The notes beneath the pieces were generated by a model. It did no database searches. It had not been told where the DNA came from and was given only the letters and a program-made list of their open reading frames with translations. A stretch of 11,475 bases of DNA from the NCBI GenBank assembly GCA_018672235.1, contig JABHGE010000007.1, forward strand, positions 1 through 11,475. Reading direction: 5' to 3'. How positions within the stretch are numbered: the first letter of the stretch is position 1; each line of letters starts with the position of its first letter. The position numbers and the translations under genes were made by a program. The DNA is from Fidelibacterota bacterium. Lineage in GTDB: Bacteria > Fidelibacterota > Marinisomatia > Marinisomatales > Marinisomataceae. Below are positions 1-8,759 of this stretch, piece by piece.

Positions 1-1185
1 ACATCAATAGACTTTCAGTCCAATAACAATACAAGTCAGTTTGTACTCATCCGAGTTGATTTTAATGTACCGGTCGAAAATGATCTAGTTGTAGATGATT
101 ACAGAATACTTAAATCGTTACCTACAATCCAATATTGTCTTGACCAAGGAGCAAAAGTTGTTCTAATGTCCCATAGAGGAAGGCCAAATGGGAAAGTTGA
201 TTCAAACCTTTCGTTAATGCCTGCAGGCGAAAGACTCGCTCAATTATTAGAAATGCCTATAAAATTTTCTCATGATTGTATATCAGAAGACGCTATAGAC
301 GTGTCTAGAAATTTAAAAAGAGGAGAAATTCACTTACTAGAAAACTTGAGGTTCCATGAGGGAGAAATAAGTAATGACCCATCATTTGCTTCTAAATTAG
401 CTAAACATGGAGCTATCTATTTAAATGATGCATTTGGCACAGCTCATCGTAAACACGCTTCGAATGTAGGTATTGCTAATTATTTTACAACAAAAGGAAT
501 GGGTTTATTGATGGAGAAAGAGATGGAGTTTCTTTCTGATGGTGTTTCTAATGCAATTGATCCAGTGTCTTTGATTATTGGTGGAGCAAAAATTGATACT
601 AAGATAAATGTGATCAAACATTTTTTTGATATAGCAGACAATATTATTATTGGCGGCGCAATGGCAAATACTTTTTTAGCTGCAAATAAATATGATATGG
701 GAAAATCTTTAGTAGAAAAAAGCGAAATAGATACAGCGAGAAAGCTTATGCTAATGGCCTCTAAATATAAAACAAACATCATTCTTCCTATCGATTTTAA
801 TGGAGAGATGGGCAAGTTTGGAAGTGGTAAATTACGCTATACTACTAGAGATGATATTAAGAAAACAATGATTTGTCAAGATATCGGAGAGCTGAGCATT
901 AATCTATTTACAGACATTATTAAACAATCAAAGACAGTTTTTTGGAATGGTACAGTGGGCGTAGCAGAAAATAAAGACTTTGCTATAGGTACTAATAAAA
1001 TAATTGATGCAATTACAGAAAGTAAATGCACTTCTATTGTTGGTGGAGGGGATACTATTGCAGCAATTAGAAATTATAAAAAAGAAATAATTGAAGACTT
1101 TTCTCACGCCTCTACTGGTGGAGGTTCTTGCTTAGAATTATTATCTGGTAATAAGCTTTCAGCTATACAGGCATTGGAAAAATAA
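1..1185 (+). CDS. pgk: Phosphoglycerate kinase (5' end lies outside the window)
   Basis: Frame 1 is open from base 1 (TSIDFQ...VLIRVDFNVP...DDYRI..SLPTI...GAKVVLMSHRGRP), so the ORF-track start at 166 is internal. PGK motifs: RVDFNVP, LLENLRF, NDAFGTAHR, GGAKI, GGAMANTF, DIG, GGGDT, STGGG. Confidence 0.98.
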   Translation, partial: TSIDFQSNNNTSQFVLIRVDFNVPVENDLVVDDYRILKSLPTIQYCLDQGAKVVLMSHRGRPNGKVDSNLSLMPAGERLAQLLEMPIKFSHDCISEDAIDVSRNLKRGEIHLLENLRFHEGEISNDPSFASKLAKHGAIYLNDAFGTAHRKHASNVGIANYFTTKGMGLLMEKEMEFLSDGVSNAIDPVSLIIGGAKIDTKINVIKHFFDIADNIIIGGAMANTFLAANKYDMGKSLVEKSEIDTARKLMLMASKYKTNIILPIDFNGEMGKFGSGKLRYTTRDDIKKTMICQDIGELSINLFTDIIKQSKTVFWNGTVGVAENKDFAIGTNKIIDAITESKCTSIVGGGDTIAAIRNYKKEIIEDFSHASTGGGSCLELLSGNKLSAIQALEK

Positions 1186-1922
1186 TGAGAAAAATAACTC
1201 TAGCAGCAAATTGGAAGATGTATTTAGATGAGAGTAATTCAATCTCTTTTATTCATAAACTCAACGCAGATAAAGATTTATTTTCTGATAAAGATATTAT
1301 ACTATTTCCATCGCATGCTTGTATAAGAGCGGTAAAAGACCATCTAGATATAAGTTTAAAAATTGGTATGCAAGATTGTGATATGCATGCTCAAGGAGCT
1401 TATACTGGATCAACATCAATTAATTCTATTGATATAGATTCCTGTATTGTTGGTCATTCAGAAAGAAGGATTGTATACAAAGAAACAAATAGCATTATTT
1501 CGGATAAGTTAAATACTATTTTATCTAGCAACGCTAATCCTATCTTATGTATAGGAGAAACATTGAAAGAAAAAAATAAAAATTTAGCAGTAAGTGTTCT
1601 GCGCAAACAATTGTCTATCTTACCCCAAAATCTCGATGGAAAGGAATTGACTATTGCGTATGAGCCTGTATGGGCTATTGGATCTGGAGATGTGCCTTCA
1701 AATGAATATATCAATGAAATGCTTTCTTCTATAAAAAATAGATTAAAAAGTTTATATTCTGATACAGATTTACATAATATTAAGTTATTTTATGGTGGAT
1801 CTGTTGACGCGAGTAACATTGAAGAGCTTCTTAGTGTGGAGCTAATCGATGGTTTTCTCATTGGTAGCGCTAGCGCTAACTTTGAAAAGTTTAAAGAAAT
1901 TGTTAGAAAAATAAAATTATAA
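1185..1922 (+). CDS. tpiA: Triosephosphate isomerase
   Basis: Motifs NWKM (catalytic Lys), GHSERR (His), AYEPVWAIG (Glu), YGGSV and DGFLIGSAS. Overlaps the pgk stop by 1 nt (TAATG). Confidence 0.97.
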   Translation: MRKITLAANWKMYLDESNSISFIHKLNADKDLFSDKDIILFPSHACIRAVKDHLDISLKIGMQDCDMHAQGAYTGSTSINSIDIDSCIVGHSERRIVYKETNSIISDKLNTILSSNANPILCIGETLKEKNKNLAVSVLRKQLSILPQNLDGKELTIAYEPVWAIGSGDVPSNEYINEMLSSIKNRLKSLYSDTDLHNIKLFYGGSVDASNIEELLSVELIDGFLIGSASANFEKFKEIVRKIKL

Positions 1923-1930
1923 GAGGTGTT

Positions 1931-2275
1931 ATGGTTCAATTTTTAATAGTAGTACATACATTAGTAAGTTTGTTACTTATCGGGGTAATTTTAATGCAAT
2001 CAGGTCAGGGTGGACTAAACTCTATGATGGGTGGTGCCGCTAATTCGATGTTAGGATCTTCTGGCGCAAATGATTTCATTACCAAATTAACAACGTTTCT
2101 TGGGATAACATTCATTGGTTTAGCATTAGTAATTGGCGCTATAAGTGGAGAATCTCAGTCATCTGGAGAGTCTATTATTCAAAAAGATTCTGAATCTAGA
2201 CAAGTAGAATTGGCTGTTCCAAATGAATACGCTTTACCCTCTGAAGATCTTCTGCCAGAAGAAGCTACAAATTAA
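1931..2275 (+). CDS. secG: Preprotein translocase subunit SecG
   Basis: Two hydrophobic helices joined by a Gly-rich loop (ILMQSGQGGL...GG...G...FITKLT), with an acidic C-terminal tail. GAGG Shine-Dalgarno upstream. Classic tpiA-secG-tRNA-Leu synteny. Confidence 0.93.
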   Translation: MVQFLIVVHTLVSLLLIGVILMQSGQGGLNSMMGGAANSMLGSSGANDFITKLTTFLGITFIGLALVIGAISGESQSSGESIIQKDSESRQVELAVPNEYALPSEDLLPEEATN

Positions 2276-2279
2276 GATA

Positions 2280-2363
2280 GCCGAAGTGGTGGAATTGGTA
2301 GACACGCTAGCTTGAGGGGTTAGTGGAGGAAACTCTGTGTGGGTTCAAGTCCCGCCTTCGGCA
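2280..2363 (+). tRNA. tRNA-Leu (anticodon GAG), 84 nt, CCA not encoded
   Basis: Acceptor stem GCCGAAG/CTTCGGC plus discriminator A. D arm GTGGAATTGGTAGACAC. Anticodon stem CTAGC/GTTAG with loop TTGAGGG. Long variable arm GGAG-GAAA-CTCT. T arm GTGGG-TTCAAGT-CCCGC. Followed by CAA rather than CCA. Confidence 0.97.
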
Positions 2364-2394
2364 CAAAAATAACATTTAGTATTTTTTTAAAAGA

Positions 2395-2406
2395 TTTATA
2401 GATTAC
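2395..2406 (+). promoter_or_regulatory. Candidate -10 promoter element TTTATAGATTAC for the TPR-HAD-acpS-murA unit
   Basis: Contains TAGATT (TAnnnT). An identical 12-mer lies at 5963-5974 upstream of trkA. Confidence 0.5.
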
Positions 2407-2445
2407 GTGATAATTAAAAAAAATGAATACTTTAAAGGCGGTACA

Positions 2446-3651
2446 ATGAAAAATATTATTTTTATCTTATTATTCTCAACAACTATCTTTGCCCAAGGAT
2501 CAGCTCTATCTCTTTATGAAGAATCTCAAAAAGCTCTATCTTCTGGTAACTTAGATCTTGCTGGAGAGAAAATTAGAGAAGCTATCAATCTAGACAAGGG
2601 AAACGATAAATTTAGAAAAGAGTTTGATCGTTTAAATGGGTTAAGAAACAAAATGATCAATGCTAATAGATCAGTTCAAGACGGAAGATTCGATGATGCT
2701 ATAGCAGGATTTGCGGATGTTATAGTTAATGTATCAAATTCTGTTGAGGCATATTATGGAACAGCAAAAGCTTATGAAGGAAAGAAAGATTTTACTTCAG
2801 CTGTCAAATATTATAAACAATCTTTAGCTCTTGATCCTAATTATAAAAAAGCTAAGACATCTATATCTAACGTTGCTAAGAAGTTATATAATAGCGCAAA
2901 TCAGGATTATAAAAATGGAAATCTTGAGTCTGCATTGTCAAAATATGAGCAAGTATTAGGTATTAATAGTAGGTTATATCAAGCCTATTTTCAAATGGGT
3001 GTTTTGCAAAAAAAGATGGGTAATCTATCTCTAGCAATTCAAAATTATCAAAGTGCTTTAAGTATTAAAAAAACATTTGATAAAGGTTGGTATAGTCTTG
3101 GTTTAGCATATAGAGATAATGGCGATATGGACAATGCAAAATCTTCCTTTGAGGAAACAATTCGATTAAATAAGAAATATTATAAAGCTCACAAAAGCTT
3201 AGGAGATATTTTTATTGAATCAGAAAAATATGAAGACGCTATTGCAAGTTTTAAGTCAGCGATTGCTATTAAATCAAAGTATGCTCCAGCATATCATTCT
3301 ATGGGTATTACATATGCTAAAATGGAAGATTATACTAGGTCAGCAGACTCTTTAACTAAGGCTGTAGATCTACAGCCTAAAGAATTTCTATCTTGGTTTC
3401 ATCTATCTGAAGCTCACAACAAACTTAATGATTGCGAAGCTGCCAAAACAGCTGCGTTAGAGGCTATAGATTTGAAAAAGAATTTTGGCGGCGGTTGGTT
3501 TGAATTAGGTATTGCTGAATATTGTGGAGGTAAAGGAAATAAGAATACATCTATTAATCATTTTGAAAAAGCAAGAAATGATAGAGAATGGAGAAAAATG
3601 GCAGAATATGAAATCGATCGCGTTAGAAATCCTGAGAAGTATGAGGAATGA
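2446..3651 (+). CDS. Secreted/periplasmic tetratricopeptide-repeat protein (about 401 aa)
   Basis: ATG at 2446 follows AAGGCGG (SD-like) and begins a Sec signal peptide MKNIIFILLFSTTIFA|Q, so it is preferred over GTG 2407. Many 34-aa TPR units (AYYGTAKAY...ALDP, AYFQMGVL, GWYSLGLAY, AHKSLGDIF, AYHSMGITY, SWFHLSEAH, GWFELGIAE). Confidence 0.88.
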   Translation: MKNIIFILLFSTTIFAQGSALSLYEESQKALSSGNLDLAGEKIREAINLDKGNDKFRKEFDRLNGLRNKMINANRSVQDGRFDDAIAGFADVIVNVSNSVEAYYGTAKAYEGKKDFTSAVKYYKQSLALDPNYKKAKTSISNVAKKLYNSANQDYKNGNLESALSKYEQVLGINSRLYQAYFQMGVLQKKMGNLSLAIQNYQSALSIKKTFDKGWYSLGLAYRDNGDMDNAKSSFEETIRLNKKYYKAHKSLGDIFIESEKYEDAIASFKSAIAIKSKYAPAYHSMGITYAKMEDYTRSADSLTKAVDLQPKEFLSWFHLSEAHNKLNDCEAAKTAALEAIDLKKNFGGGWFELGIAEYCGGKGNKNTSINHFEKARNDREWRKMAEYEIDRVRNPEKYEE

Positions 3652-4331
3652 TTAAAGCAGTTATTTTTGACTTAGATAATACTCTTCTCGATTTTGTCAA
3701 AATGAAAAAAGAGGCAGTAATGAGTGCTCTTTCATCTATGAAAGAAGCTGGTTTAGATTTAGATGTAGATATATCCTATAAAGATATAATGGATATATAC
3801 GAAGTTGACGGATGGGAAAACCAGGTAGTATTCGACAAATTTTTAAAAAATAAAATTGGTTATGTAGATAATAAATATCTAGCTGCTGGAATCGTTGCTT
3901 ATAGAAGAGCAAAAGAAGCTAATTTAAAAGCTTATCCAAATGTTCAAAAAACATTGAATCACTTATTAAAAAATGCCATCAAACTAGCCATTGTATCAGA
4001 TGCTCCTAGTCGAGAAGCTTGGATGAGAATTTATTATTTAAATCTTCACCACTCTTTTGACACGGTGATTACATTTGATGATTCGGGAGAAAGAAAACCT
4101 TCTCCAACACCGTTCAAGCTTGCCCTCAAAGAATTAAACCTATCTAAGGATGAGGTATTAATGGTAGGAGATTGGCCTGAGAGAGATATGGTTGGAGCCA
4201 ATAGTATAGGTATAAAGACTATTTTTGCAAAATACGGAGACGCTTTTGGAGTGAAAGACTCTGGAGCTAATTGGGATATTGAAGACATATCGGAAGTAGT
4301 TACTATTATTGAAGAGATTAATAATGGCTAA
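3648..4331 (+). CDS. HAD-superfamily hydrolase, subfamily IA (resembles the archaeal TIGR02253 type)
   Basis: Motif I FDLDNTL, motif II VSD, motif III RKP, motif IV MVGDWPERD. ATGA overlap with the TPR gene. Confidence 0.9.
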   Translation: MIKAVIFDLDNTLLDFVKMKKEAVMSALSSMKEAGLDLDVDISYKDIMDIYEVDGWENQVVFDKFLKNKIGYVDNKYLAAGIVAYRRAKEANLKAYPNVQKTLNHLLKNAIKLAIVSDAPSREAWMRIYYLNLHHSFDTVITFDDSGERKPSPTPFKLALKELNLSKDEVLMVGDWPERDMVGANSIGIKTIFAKYGDAFGVKDSGANWDIEDISEVVTIIEEINNG

Positions 4332-4674
4332 TATTGGTGTCGATATTGTTGCAATCAATCGTATTGAATCTATTTTAAGCTCTGATAAGAAAATAAAATT
4401 TTTGAATAAAATATTTTCTGAAAATGAAATTCTAGAATCAAAAGAAAAAGCAAATATGTCACAGTATTTTTCTGGAAGATTTGCAGCAAAAGAAGCAATT
4501 AGAAAAGCCTTATCCTCTGAAAAAAAATCAACTAATCAATCTTTTAAATCTATAGAAATTTTAAATAGCGATAGCGGTAAACCTTATGTTCTAAGTGAGA
4601 CTAGGAAAGATATCAATATTTCTATATCACACGATGGGAACTATGCAGTCGCTTTTTGCATAATAGATAAGTAG
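4324..4674 (+). CDS. acpS: Holo-[acyl-carrier-protein] synthase
   Basis: Motifs IGVDIV..RI, FSENE, GRFAAKEA..KAL, SGKP and ISISHD..YAVA. ATG 4324 gives the usual short N-terminus before GVDIV and overlaps the HAD stop by 8 nt. Confidence 0.95.
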   Translation: MANIGVDIVAINRIESILSSDKKIKFLNKIFSENEILESKEKANMSQYFSGRFAAKEAIRKALSSEKKSTNQSFKSIEILNSDSGKPYVLSETRKDINISISHDGNYAVAFCIIDK

Positions 4675-4676
4675 TT

Positions 4677-5933
4677 ATGGATTATTTTGAAATAGAAGGA
4701 AAGAATAAGCTCTTTGGAGATATTGATATTAGTGGAGCAAAAAATGCAGTATTGCCTTTGATGGCTGCTGCAATCTTAAATGATAGAGCGCTAACTATCA
4801 CTAATGTACCAAAATTGTCTGACTCAATTACAATGGGAAATCTAATAAAAGGAATGGGCGGAGAAGTTAATTTTGATCATTCTAGTATTATTATTGATCC
4901 AAAAAAATTGAATATACCTTACGCTCCATATAAACTTGTAAAAACTATGCGAGCTTCTTTTTATGTACTTGGACCGTTAGTTGCTAGGTTTGGCGAGGCA
5001 AAAGTTTCATTACCTGGAGGTTGTGCCTGGGGTCCTAGACCAGTCGATTTTCATCTTGAAGGGTTAAAAAAATTAGGTATAGATATAAGTCTAGAAGCAG
5101 GATATGTGATTGCAAAGTCAAAAAAAATAGTTGGAAATAAAATTGTATTTCCAAAAATTTCTGTTGGAGCTACTGGAAATGTATTGATGGCAGCAGTTTT
5201 AGCTGAAGGAGATACTGAAATTCACAATGCAGCAGCAGAGCCTGAAATTCAACAATTATGTTTATTGTTAAATCAGATGGGAGCAAAAATATCAGGAATA
5301 GGCACTAATATATTGAAAATTCAAGGAGTAGAGAATTTGGGTGGCGTAGATAGTATTAAAGTTATCCCAGATAGAATCGAAGCAGGCACTTTTTTAATAG
5401 CTGTCGCCGCAACAGGTGGAAGAGTTAGGTTAAATAATGTAGAGCCGAAACATATGGAAAGTGTAACTAGTCTATTGAAACAGTCTAATATTGATATTGA
5501 AATAGAAAAAGATTCTATTCTAGTTACTTCAACTGGATCCGATATGAAGGCTTGCAATATGGAGACCAATGAATATCCAGGATTCCCTACAGACTTGCAA
5601 GCACAATGGATGCTTTTAATGAGCTTATCTATAGGAGACTCCACGATAAAAGAAAATATCTATTTTGATCGCTTCACCCATATTTTAGAGCTAAACAGAT
5701 TAGGATGTGATGTGCGTCTCCATAAAGATCATGCAGTTATTAAAGGCGATAGATCTTTGATTGGAGCTGATGTTATGTCTACTGATATTAGAGCTTCTGC
5801 TGCACTAATTATTGCCGCTTTATGCGCAGAAGGTTTGACTAGTATTAGTAGGGTCTACCATATCGATAGAGGTTATGATAGAATTGAAGAAAAATTAGTC
5901 AAAGTTGGAGCAAAAATAACAAGGAAGAAATAA
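4677..5933 (+). CDS. murA: UDP-N-acetylglucosamine 1-carboxyvinyltransferase
   Basis: Motifs SGAKNAVLP, MRAS, LPGGCAWGPRPVDFH (active-site Cys retained), SVGAT, EPEI, DRIEAGTF, YPGFPTDLQAQ, DIRA and HIDRGY. Confidence 0.98.
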   Translation: MDYFEIEGKNKLFGDIDISGAKNAVLPLMAAAILNDRALTITNVPKLSDSITMGNLIKGMGGEVNFDHSSIIIDPKKLNIPYAPYKLVKTMRASFYVLGPLVARFGEAKVSLPGGCAWGPRPVDFHLEGLKKLGIDISLEAGYVIAKSKKIVGNKIVFPKISVGATGNVLMAAVLAEGDTEIHNAAAEPEIQQLCLLLNQMGAKISGIGTNILKIQGVENLGGVDSIKVIPDRIEAGTFLIAVAATGGRVRLNNVEPKHMESVTSLLKQSNIDIEIEKDSILVTSTGSDMKACNMETNEYPGFPTDLQAQWMLLMSLSIGDSTIKENIYFDRFTHILELNRLGCDVRLHKDHAVIKGDRSLIGADVMSTDIRASAALIIAALCAEGLTSISRVYHIDRGYDRIEEKLVKVGAKITRKK

Positions 5934-5962
5934 CCGAATTTCAGTTGTTTCTTTATGAATTC

Positions 5963-5974
5963 TTTATAGATTAC
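5963..5974 (+). promoter_or_regulatory. Candidate -10 promoter element TTTATAGATTAC for trkA-trkH-uvrC
   Basis: Identical to 2395-2406. TTGTTT (5945-5950) lies 16 nt upstream of TAGATT (5967-5972). Confidence 0.5.
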
Positions 5975-5984
5975 TAATTAAGTT

Positions 5985-7334
5985 ATGAGAATTGTAATTA
6001 TCGGTGCAGGTGAAGTAGGTTTCCATGTTGCTAAGTCTCTTAGCGAACTTGATTATGACATTGCCGTAGTAGATATTAATCATAAAAAATGTCAACGAGC
6101 GAATGAACATTTAGATGTTATCGTTATAAAAGGCAATGGTTCTGATGAAAAAATACTACAGCAAGCCAATGTAGCTGATGCTGATTATGTATTTACTCTA
6201 ACTAGTTCAGATGAAACTAATCTTATTTCTTCTATGCAAGCACACAATTTAGGTGCAAAAAAGATTGTAGCACGTCTTAGAGATTTTGACTACAGTAAGA
6301 ATGGACATGCTTTTATTCCTGAGAAATTTGGGATAGATATGGTTATTCATCCTGAAGCTGCCGTAGCTGAAGAAATTATTCGATTAGTTAAGCATCCCTA
6401 TGCAGATAAATTTTATGAATTTGAAAATGGGAATGCAGTGCTTTTTTCAAAGAAGATAAATCATCGTTCCATTATTATAGGTAAAACAGTAGAAGAGTTT
6501 CATAAGGAAAATACAGATTTTAAATGCTTAATTGTTGCTGTAGTAAGAGATGAAAAAATGACTATTCCAACATCTTCATTTAAGTTTGAGCCAGATGACT
6601 ATATATTCTTTTTTACAAAATCAAAAAATTTAGATATACTTTTAAATGCTTTAGGAATTTCTTCTTCTAAAACTAAGCGAGTAATGATAGCAGGCGCAAG
6701 TAAAATTGGACGTCTAATTGCACGACAATTAGAAGGAGATATGTCAGTTAGACTAATTGATAATTCAAAAGAAAAAGCAACTGCTGTAGCCAATGAATTG
6801 AATGACTCTATCGTTATTCATTCCGATGCAACAGATGTTGAATTTTTGAAGGGTGAAAATATAAATGAAGTAGATTCATTTATTGCTGTCACAGAAGATC
6901 AACAACTTAATTTGTTAGCAGGTATTCTTGCAAAACAATTAAGAGTAAAGCAGTCTATTATACATGTTACCAATCCAGATTATGTAAAAAATATGTCAGA
7001 TCTTGGAATGGGTTCTATTGTAAGTAAAAATACAGTTAGTGTTAATGCGATTGTTAAAGCAATTAGAATTGATCATAAAGATAATGTAATTCAATTATTT
7101 AGCACTCTAGAGATGGAAGCGATAGAGATTGAAGCAGAAAAAAATTCAAAAGCAGTACGTATTCCAATATCTAATTTAAATTTACCTCATGGCAGTATTG
7201 TAGCTCTAGTTAATCATAATGGGCACTTAACAATACCATCTGGGGATTATCAAATCCTAGCAAATGACACGGTATTAATTTTCTGTATTCACTCAAAGGT
7301 TAGAGAAGTGAATAAGATATTTCAATCAGAATAA
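5985..7334 (+). CDS. trkA: Trk system potassium uptake protein TrkA (tandem RCK domains)
   Basis: N-terminal Rossmann motif IVIIGAGEVG, DETNL, GIDMVIHPE, and a second RCK unit VMIAGASKIG. 449 aa, adjacent to trkH. Confidence 0.95.
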   Translation: MRIVIIGAGEVGFHVAKSLSELDYDIAVVDINHKKCQRANEHLDVIVIKGNGSDEKILQQANVADADYVFTLTSSDETNLISSMQAHNLGAKKIVARLRDFDYSKNGHAFIPEKFGIDMVIHPEAAVAEEIIRLVKHPYADKFYEFENGNAVLFSKKINHRSIIIGKTVEEFHKENTDFKCLIVAVVRDEKMTIPTSSFKFEPDDYIFFFTKSKNLDILLNALGISSSKTKRVMIAGASKIGRLIARQLEGDMSVRLIDNSKEKATAVANELNDSIVIHSDATDVEFLKGENINEVDSFIAVTEDQQLNLLAGILAKQLRVKQSIIHVTNPDYVKNMSDLGMGSIVSKNTVSVNAIVKAIRIDHKDNVIQLFSTLEMEAIEIEAEKNSKAVRIPISNLNLPHGSIVALVNHNGHLTIPSGDYQILANDTVLIFCIHSKVREVNKIFQSE

Positions 7335-8758
7335 TGAGCTTAAGACCTATATTTAGATTCTTAGCAATGCTGACAATGTTCTTGTCAATTTTTTTGCTTA
7401 TTCCTGCATTAATCGATTATGTAGATCTTGGAGGTGTATACTTATTAAAAATAGCAGGAGCTGCTTTTATTCTTTCTCTACCTGTCTTATATGTGTGCAG
7501 AAAGGCAAAATCATTATCTAATAAAAATGTATTTTTAGTAATTGTATTGAGTTGGGTGATGACATCAGTTTTTGGTTCGCTTCCATTCTATTATTCAGGA
7601 TTTTTTGATAATTATACGAATGCATTATTTGAGGCCGTATCAGGCGTGACTACTACAGGAGCTACCATTTTAGATGATATTGAAATTTTACCAAAAAGTA
7701 TTTTATTCTGGAGAGCATTCCTTCAATGGATTGGAGGTTTGGGTGTTGTTGTGTTTACTATTGCTCTATTACCTCTATTGGGTGTTTCAGGAGAAAAGCT
7801 TTTTAATGTAGAGTATCCAGGTCCGTCATCAGAAAAAATTACACCAAGAATAAAAGATACAGCAAGATTATTGCTCAAATTTTATATTGGATTTACATTA
7901 CTAGAATTTGTATTGCTATCTTATGATATGTCCTCTTTTGACGCTATTTGTCATGCATTGACAACAATGCCCACTGGTGGATTTTCTACATTTAATGATA
8001 GTATTAATTCTCAGTCATATTACGTGAAATCAGTCATTTTATTATTTATGATTGTTGGTGGAACAAATTTTGCTTTACACTTCAGAGCAGTTAAAGCTGG
8101 GCCAAAATCTTATATAAGAGATAGAGAGTTCTTATACTATATAGGATTAGTCTTATTAGCATCGATATCTATTTTATTCACTAGTTATTGGTATAGCGAA
8201 GGATCAAACACTTTAGATACTACTTTTCAAGTAGTATCCATATTAACTACAACAGGATTTACTTCTAGTGATTATAGTCAGTGGACACCTTTTATTAAAC
8301 AATTTATATTATTTGGATTAATGTTTGTCGGTGCGATGGGCGGATCGACTAGTGGTGGTATGAAATTGATTAGAATCGTTGCAGTCGTAAAATACGCTAC
8401 AATGGAATTAAAGCGATCGTTGCATTCAAAAGCAATTATACCTATTCGTATAGGTAAAAAAATTATTCCAGATGAAGTAATACGAAAAACTATAGCATTC
8501 TTCTTGTTCTATGTAGCATTTTTCTTTTTTGCCTCTTTGTGTTTCATTATCATGGGTATCGATCTTCAATCTGCAATGGGTGCTGCCGCATCAGGAATGG
8601 GTAATATTGGTCCATCTTGGGGAGCTCATGGCGCTATGGATAGTTATTTAATGATGCCAATGATAGGGAAGTATATCATGATGTTTTGCATGTTACTAGG
8701 AAGATTAGAAATTTTTGCTGTATTAGTGTTATTTACGAAGACATTCTGGAGATCTTAA
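7334..8758 (+). CDS. trkH: Trk system potassium uptake membrane protein TrkH
   Basis: Polytopic membrane protein with four pore-loop glycine motifs (SGVTTTGAT, PTGGFS, TTTGFT, GNIGP), plus QWIGGLG, GGSTSGGMK and LGRLEIF. TAATG overlap with trkA. Confidence 0.96.
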   Translation: MSLRPIFRFLAMLTMFLSIFLLIPALIDYVDLGGVYLLKIAGAAFILSLPVLYVCRKAKSLSNKNVFLVIVLSWVMTSVFGSLPFYYSGFFDNYTNALFEAVSGVTTTGATILDDIEILPKSILFWRAFLQWIGGLGVVVFTIALLPLLGVSGEKLFNVEYPGPSSEKITPRIKDTARLLLKFYIGFTLLEFVLLSYDMSSFDAICHALTTMPTGGFSTFNDSINSQSYYVKSVILLFMIVGGTNFALHFRAVKAGPKSYIRDREFLYYIGLVLLASISILFTSYWYSEGSNTLDTTFQVVSILTTTGFTSSDYSQWTPFIKQFILFGLMFVGAMGGSTSGGMKLIRIVAVVKYATMELKRSLHSKAIIPIRIGKKIIPDEVIRKTIAFFLFYVAFFFFASLCFIIMGIDLQSAMGAAASGMGNIGPSWGAHGAMDSYLMMPMIGKYIMMFCMLLGRLEIFAVLVLFTKTFWRS

Positions 8759-8759
8759 A

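Noticed and set aside
166..1185. ORF-track start of pgk at 166
   Set aside because: The frame is open to base 1 and encodes the conserved RVDFNVP motif upstream, so the true start is outside the window.
1931..2363. secG-tRNA-Leu(GAG) linkage as a novelty
   Set aside because: This is a widely conserved arrangement (e.g. secG-leuU in E. coli).
2365..2388. Possible terminator AAAAATAAC-ATTTA-GTATTTTTTT after the tRNA
   Set aside because: The stem is almost entirely A-T with a bulge and is too weak to call in an AT-rich background.
2280..2445. tRNA-Leu as an integration site for a genomic island
   Set aside because: No integrase, no duplicated tRNA 3' end seen in the window and no compositional shift. 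Downstream genes are housekeeping.
2407..2445. GTG 2407 start of the TPR protein (and similarly TTG 4309 for acpS)
   Set aside because: ATG 2446 has an SD-like sequence and starts a canonical signal peptide. ATG 4324 gives the normal AcpS N-terminus.
5010..5055. Intrinsic fosfomycin-resistant MurA
   Set aside because: The active-site Cys (PGGCAWG) is retained; there is no Cys-to-Asp change.
480..6793. Minus-strand ORFs 480-815, 1454-1714, 4046-4288, 4158-4358, 5321-5644 and 6599-6793
   Set aside because: They lie antisense within well-conserved genes and show no recognisable motifs, so they are shadow ORFs.
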